Shown here one piece after another: positions 8,959 through 13,248 of a DNA stretch of 13,248 nt. The first letter of the stretch is position 1, and every line of letters starts with the position of its first letter. The position numbers and the translations under genes were made by a program. Source of the DNA: Pseudomonadota bacterium (lineage in GTDB: Bacteria > Desulfobacterota > Desulfarculia > Adiutricales > JAGVGV01); assembly GCA_018830135.1 (NCBI GenBank), contig JAHJTB010000007.1, positions 1 to 13,248 of the forward strand. Direction: 5' to 3'. The notes beneath the pieces are model-generated. The model was not told the DNA's origin. It saw only the letters and a program-made list of their open reading frames with translations, and made no database searches.

Positions 8959-11900
8959 TTATTGTTCCACGATTTTGTACTTTTGGCCCCGGCCCAGCTC
9001 CACCATGAGGCCGTTTATTTCTACCTTGAGCTGGATCATCTTCTCCTCGCGGCCCAGAGTCAAGCGGTTGAACCGCTCGAGGTCATCCATGTACTGCCTC
9101 ATTTCCTCCTCCACCCGCTTGCGTTCGCTGACATCCCGGAAGCTGACGACCGCACCGACCACGCGCCCGTCCTTGCGTATGGCCGTGCTGGTATACTCCA
9201 CGGGGAAGCATTGCCCGTCTTTGCGCCAGAGGACCTCGTCGTCCACGTGGTGCGTGGCGCCATCGGTGAAGGAAGCGTGCATGGGGCATTGTTCCAGCGG
9301 ATATTCGCTGCCGTCGGCCCGCGAATGGTGGAAGAGGGCATGCACCGCCTGGCCTACGACCTCGCCCTCGGGAAATCCCAGCATCTTCAAGGCGGCGGGG
9401 TTGATGAAGGTCAGGGCGCCCCGGTCGTCCACACCGAATATGCCTTCCCCGGCGGATTCCAGCAGCAGCCGGCTGCGTTCCTCGCTGCTCTTGAGTTCCT
9501 CGGTCCGCTCTTCGACCAACAGTTCCAGGCGTCCCTTGTAACGCTCGATTTCGGCCCGGGCCTGCTCGGCGTCCTCGGCCAGGCTCAATGCGGCTGCACG
9601 CTCGCGCAGGGACTCCTCGGCCCGCCTGGCCATGGCGGCTTCGGCCCGTTGGGCCCGGAGGCGTTCCACGGTGTTGGAGACCACCGTCTGGGCCAGGCTC
9701 AGCAGAAAGCTCAGGATGGCGGGCAGCCGTTCCTCGGAGACGATGGGGGCCTCGGTGACGGCCTCCAGATAGGGCCCGACTTCGAGCCCGACCTCCCTGG
9801 CCTGGCGCCTGAAAAACTCCAGATCGGGCGGCTCGGTGAAAAACTGGCCCACGAAAGCATTGGCCACGTGTTTGCCGCCGATGATGACCGGGGAGGCGCA
9901 GTCGGTCAGCCCGTTCTTGCAACGGTACATGGAAAACGGCTGGCCCTCGTTGAGCTTGAGAGCCAGAACGGTGTCGCTTTCGATGCACCGCTCGCAAGTC
10001 ATGTCATTGGCCCGGTGGAAATCGGTGCAGGCCCGCTGCCAGGGAGACGCGGCCAGCACCTCGCCTTCCATGTCTATGATGGCGGCGGAGATGCCCACCG
10101 TCTGCCAGAAGGCGCTCATCAGGTCGGCGAACTGGGACCCGGTCAGTATCTCGCCCAGTTGGGCGGAATCGATCGCGACGAGTCCTCCGTCCCGCGCCTC
10201 ATCATCCCCGGCATCCGGCTCCGGATCGCCGGCAGGTTCCTCCGTGCGGCCTTTAAAGGGCGGTTCCATGCCGGCCTGGACAGCCAGGGCGTTGATTCGG
10301 CTCTTCAGTTCGATGACGCGCTGTTCGCGTCCCATGGCCAGTCGGTTGAAGCGCTCGATCTCCTCGAGTTTGGCCTGGAGTTCCGTCCGGGCCGCCTCCA
10401 CATCCTGTCTGGCCCGCTCGGCCCGGGCCGCCGCCTCCTCGGCCACCTCCTTCTCCACCATCAGGGCCTCGGCCTGTTTGCGCTGGCTGATGTCGCGGAC
10501 CGTGCCCACCGCAAACCACTCATCGTCCACCTGGAAGGAGGACAGCGTCACCTCTACGGGAAAAATCCTCCCCTGCCGGTCCTGGGCCTCGATCTCGGTG
10601 GTCTTGCCCAAAACCGGACCCTGACCGGTCCGGGCGAATGTCTCCAGCCCCTGGCGCACCTTGTCCCGATAGGGTTCCGGCGCGGCCATGGCGTGGAAGT
10701 CCATGGCCATGGCCTCATCGGCCGTGTACCCGAAAAGGCGCTCGGCTGCCGGGTTGAAGAACATCACCGCACCCCGGCTGTCCAGCATGACCAGGGCGTC
10801 GTCCACCGCCTGGCTCATGGCTCGCGTTTTCTTTTCCGATTCCAGAAGTTGTCCTTCAGCCCGCTTGCGTTCGGCGACCTCCCGGCCGAGCCTCCGGTTC
10901 CACAGGACGATGACGAGCAGAATCAGCACAAAGGCGCCGGCGATGGGGATGGCCCATTTGAGCAAGGTCCGCAGTTCCAGGCCCTGGACGTACTGGACGG
11001 ACACCCAGCGGTTTTTGATCCCGGCCTTTTCGCTCTCGGTCATCGAAGCTAGGCCCTTGTCAAGGATCAAGACCAGTTCCGGCCAGTCTTTGCGGACGCC
11101 CATGCAGAGGTCGTATTTGAATGGGGTGGGCGCGGCGATCTTGAGGTTGGCCAGCCCGTCGGCGTCTATCCCGTAGGTCACCGCCGCGAGATTTCCTATG
11201 ATGGCGTCCAATTCGCCCTCGGAAACGGACCGAAGGAGTTCGGTCATGTCCCGCCGCGGGTCCAACCGGATATCCGGGAAAGAACGCTTGAGGTATTCCT
11301 GGACCGCATATCCTTCTATCACTCCGACTTTTTTCCCCGTCAAATCACCCACCCCGCCGATAAACGGGGCGTCCTTGCGAGTGACGATCACCGCCGGAAA
11401 AGAGGCATATGGCTTGGTGAAAAGGAGATACGCCTCGCGATCCGGAGTGGGGGCCACCGCGGCCAACATGTCCAAATTCTTGTCCTTAAGACCTTGTACG
11501 ACCTGCAGCCAGGCGAGCCCCTCAGCCGAAGCGAGGGTCAGCCCCAAGCGCTTTTCCAGGGCTCTTACAAAGCCCGCGGATATCCCGCTGTATTCTTTTT
11601 TCTTGTTCAAAAACTCAATCGGCGGCCAGTTCGGGTCGATGCCGAGACGGATTTTGGGATGGTCTTTCAGCCAACGGCGCTCTTCCGCGGCCAACACCAA
11701 TTTCTGCGATTCCTTTTCTGGTCCCATCACGGAAGGCAACCATCGGCGGCGAAGCTCCCGCAACTCGTCTTTGGTGATGGCATCCAGTCCTTTTTGAAGG
11801 ATGTCTCGCAGGATGATGTTGTCCTTCAGCACCCCCATGTGGAGTTCGGTCTCCTGCTGCGTCTTGAGCCAGACCTCGCCGGAAATTTTAATATCCGGAA

Positions 11901-13248
11901 TGACGGCTGTGTCTAAAATATGCGAGATTACCCCCAAACTACCGATGAAGGCATCGACGCGCCCGAGCGAGACCGCCTTTAATCCTGCCAGGACGTTTTC
12001 CACCGGTACCTGCTTGATTTTAGGATACCGATCACGCATGACATCGGCAGTAGCAAACCCGGACACAATGGCAACCTTCATGCCCTCCAGGTCCGCCGCT
12101 TTTTCGATATTGCCGCGTTCCTTGCCTACCACAACAACGGAAGGGTTGGCGGCGTAAACCGTCGTAAACGCCATGAACTCCTGGCGCTCCGGGGTCAGGT
12201 AAACCGCCGGTAACACGTCTATTTCGCCAGCCTTGAACTTGGCGGCCAACTCGGCCCAGGCGTAACCGTTGACAAACCGCAGGCTTATCCCGATTTTTTC
12301 AGCCGCTGCGCGGATCAGGTCGATGGTCAGACCTCTGGGTTCGCCGTTTACAACAAAATCGAACGGAGGCCAATCCATTTCATTGGCCACTGTTACCTCC
12401 GGATGGGCGTGAAGCCAGACCTTTTCCTCAGGCTTCAGCTTCAGACCAAACCCGGGTCGTTCCTTCAATTCGTATATTTCCTTGGCCACCTGGGCCAGGT
12501 CCAGGGTGTATTCCGTACGCGTGGGGTTGCATTTTTTGGAATAGTGCCGGAAGTCCACCTCGTTCGGGTCCAGGGCCAGAAAATACGTGAACGTTGATAG
12601 GTTATCCTTGATGATGGCCGGCATCCTGGTGGTGAAGCTGAGGCCTTCCGAAGCGAAATCAACGCCCTTCAAGTAGTCGTACAACATCAGCACGGCCCAG
12701 GCCCCTTCGATGAAATGGCCTCCCACGCTCGCCTGAAGACGGCCCTCGCCGATGGCCTCGAGTGCTCGCGGGTCCCAGTCGACTCCGCCAATAAACATCG
12801 GATGGTCGATGCCCATTGCATTCACGGCGTCGGCAACGGCCAGGGCCATGTTGTCATTCGCGCACCAGACCACGTTGATGGCAGGATTCTTGGCATAGTA
12901 TTGCTTGAACACGCTAACGGCCGCAGCCGGGTCCCAGTTGCCCGGGGCCTCGCTGAAAGATTCGACCCGAAGAGCGTACTTCAAATAATCTTCCAACCCC
13001 CTGCGCCGCTGGATGGAAGCCTCCTGGTCGGGCTGTCCCTCGATACCCAGAACGTGGCACCCAGGCGCCCCGGCCTTCTCGGCCAGGCTCAGGAGCTGCT
13101 GTATGAGCGTGGTTCCGGCCGCACGGTCGTCGGGCGTCATCTTGCCCACCCAATAACGGTACTTGGTCCGAGGCAGGAAATCAGCGCCCTCGATCTCGGT
13201 GTTGATCATGAAAGCAGGGGTGTGGTACTTTTCCGCGATCTGCAGGAC
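8959..13248 (-). CDS. Giant multi-domain membrane sensor with no recognisable output domain (5' end outside the window)
   Basis: The 1,416-aa ORF in the track starts at ATG 13209, but the frame stays open to 13248 (VLQIAEKYHTPAF upstream of that Met). The first domain is also incomplete, so the true start lies beyond the window. Numbering from Met at 13209: aa 1-225 is a type-I periplasmic-binding (sugar-SBP-like) domain (VVWCANDNMALAVADAVNAMG...GGVDWDP). aa ~263-490 and ~508-738 are two type-II SBP_bac_3-like domains (EMDWPPFDF..., IDPNWPPIEF...). The TM helix is aa 749-770 (nt 10900-10965). PAS is ~790-908, followed by a coiled coil and an acidic linker at 985-1008. The PocR-like domain is ~1015-1175 (ACTDFHRANDMTCERCIESD...YRCKNGLTDCASPV). 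A coiled coil with an ERT-type signalling helix follows, then PAS ~1245-1362 and a terminal helix to stop TAA 8959-8961. No HisKA, GGDEF, EAL, HD, MCP or DNA-binding motif was seen. Confidence 0.9.
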   Translation of the reverse strand, partial: VLQIAEKYHTPAFMINTEIEGADFLPRTKYRYWVGKMTPDDRAAGTTLIQQLLSLAEKAGAPGCHVLGIEGQPDQEASIQRRRGLEDYLKYALRVESFSEAPGNWDPAAAVSVFKQYYAKNPAINVVWCANDNMALAVADAVNAMGIDHPMFIGGVDWDPRALEAIGEGRLQASVGGHFIEGAWAVLMLYDYLKGVDFASEGLSFTTRMPAIIKDNLSTFTYFLALDPNEVDFRHYSKKCNPTRTEYTLDLAQVAKEIYELKERPGFGLKLKPEEKVWLHAHPEVTVANEMDWPPFDFVVNGEPRGLTIDLIRAAAEKIGISLRFVNGYAWAELAAKFKAGEIDVLPAVYLTPERQEFMAFTTVYAANPSVVVVGKERGNIEKAADLEGMKVAIVSGFATADVMRDRYPKIKQVPVENVLAGLKAVSLGRVDAFIGSLGVISHILDTAVIPDIKISGEVWLKTQQETELHMGVLKDNIILRDILQKGLDAITKDELRELRRRWLPSVMGPEKESQKLVLAAEERRWLKDHPKIRLGIDPNWPPIEFLNKKKEYSGISAGFVRALEKRLGLTLASAEGLAWLQVVQGLKDKNLDMLAAVAPTPDREAYLLFTKPYASFPAVIVTRKDAPFIGGVGDLTGKKVGVIEGYAVQEYLKRSFPDIRLDPRRDMTELLRSVSEGELDAIIGNLAAVTYGIDADGLANLKIAAPTPFKYDLCMGVRKDWPELVLILDKGLASMTESEKAGIKNRWVSVQYVQGLELRTLLKWAIPIAGAFVLILLVIVLWNRRLGREVAERKRAEGQLLESEKKTRAMSQAVDDALVMLDSRGAVMFFNPAAERLFGYTADEAMAMDFHAMAAPEPYRDKVRQGLETFARTGQGPVLGKTTEIEAQDRQGRIFPVEVTLSSFQVDDEWFAVGTVRDISQRKQAEALMVEKEVAEEAAARAERARQDVEAARTELQAKLEEIERFNRLAMGREQRVIELKSRINALAVQAGMEPPFKGRTEEPAGDPEPDAGDDEARDGGLVAIDSAQLGEILTGSQFADLMSAFWQTVGISAAIIDMEGEVLAASPWQRACTDFHRANDMTCERCIESDTVLALKLNEGQPFSMYRCKNGLTDCASPVIIGGKHVANAFVGQFFTEPPDLEFFRRQAREVGLEVGPYLEAVTEAPIVSEERLPAILSFLLSLAQTVVSNTVERLRAQRAEAAMARRAEESLRERAAALSLAEDAEQARAEIERYKGRLELLVEERTEELKSSEERSRLLLESAGEGIFGVDDRGALTFINPAALKMLGFPEGEVVGQAVHALFHHSRADGSEYPLEQCPMHASFTDGATHHVDDEVLWRKDGQCFPVEYTSTAIRKDGRVVGAVVSFRDVSERKRVEEEMRQYMDDLERFNRLTLGREEKMIQLKVEINGLMVELGRGQKYKIVEQ

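Noticed and set aside
8962-11052. 696-aa plus-strand ORF and other plus-strand ORFs (9836-10624, 10688-11176, 11198-11797, 11494-11916, 11801-12157) opposite the giant sensor, plus minus-strand out-of-frame ORFs such as 9083-9997
   Set aside because: Their composition is biased (H/G/L/P/Q/R-rich) and they have no domain signatures. They are fully nested in a long ORF with clear SBP, PAS and PocR motifs.

Overview
GC-rich (roughly 60% by eye) bacterial chromosomal window. Every credible gene is on the minus strand and every gene encodes a signal-transduction protein. I found no rRNA, tRNA, CRISPR array, transposase/integrase or phage genes. In the direction of transcription (right to left) there are two units. 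Unit A (13248->5666) has three genes. The first is a giant membrane sensor of more than 1,416 aa whose 5' end lies beyond the right edge. It carries three periplasmic solute-binding (Venus-flytrap) domains, one TM helix, then PAS, coiled coil, PocR, PAS and coiled coil, and has no recognisable output domain. The second is a 175-aa stand-alone V4R-domain protein. The third is a soluble hybrid histidine kinase (HK2: HAMP-like array, HisKA, HATPase, REC, REC, HPt). A 412-bp comparatively AT-rich intergenic region (5254-5665) follows. Unit B (5253->1) is a complete stressosome-type partner-switching module: RsbR-like PAS-STAS, RsbS-like STAS, RsbT-like serine kinase and RsbX-like PP2C phosphatase. 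It is translationally coupled not to a sigma-B pathway but to a second hybrid histidine kinase (HK1), and then to a response regulator truncated at the left edge. HK1 and HK2 share a ~2.3-kb transmitter module (about 89% aa identity in a hand-counted segment, no indels) behind unrelated input modules. Four observations stand out. The HK1 N-terminus looks like an RsbT-derived pseudokinase domain. The RsbS-like protein has Ala where the conserved phospho-serine should be. The giant sensor has no output and ends in a repeated helix motif. The two pathways appear to converge on one phosphorelay. All long plus-strand ORFs in the track are antisense shadows of these genes. The style of proteins suggests a deltaproteobacterial (sulfate-reducer-like) origin, but that is only an impression.
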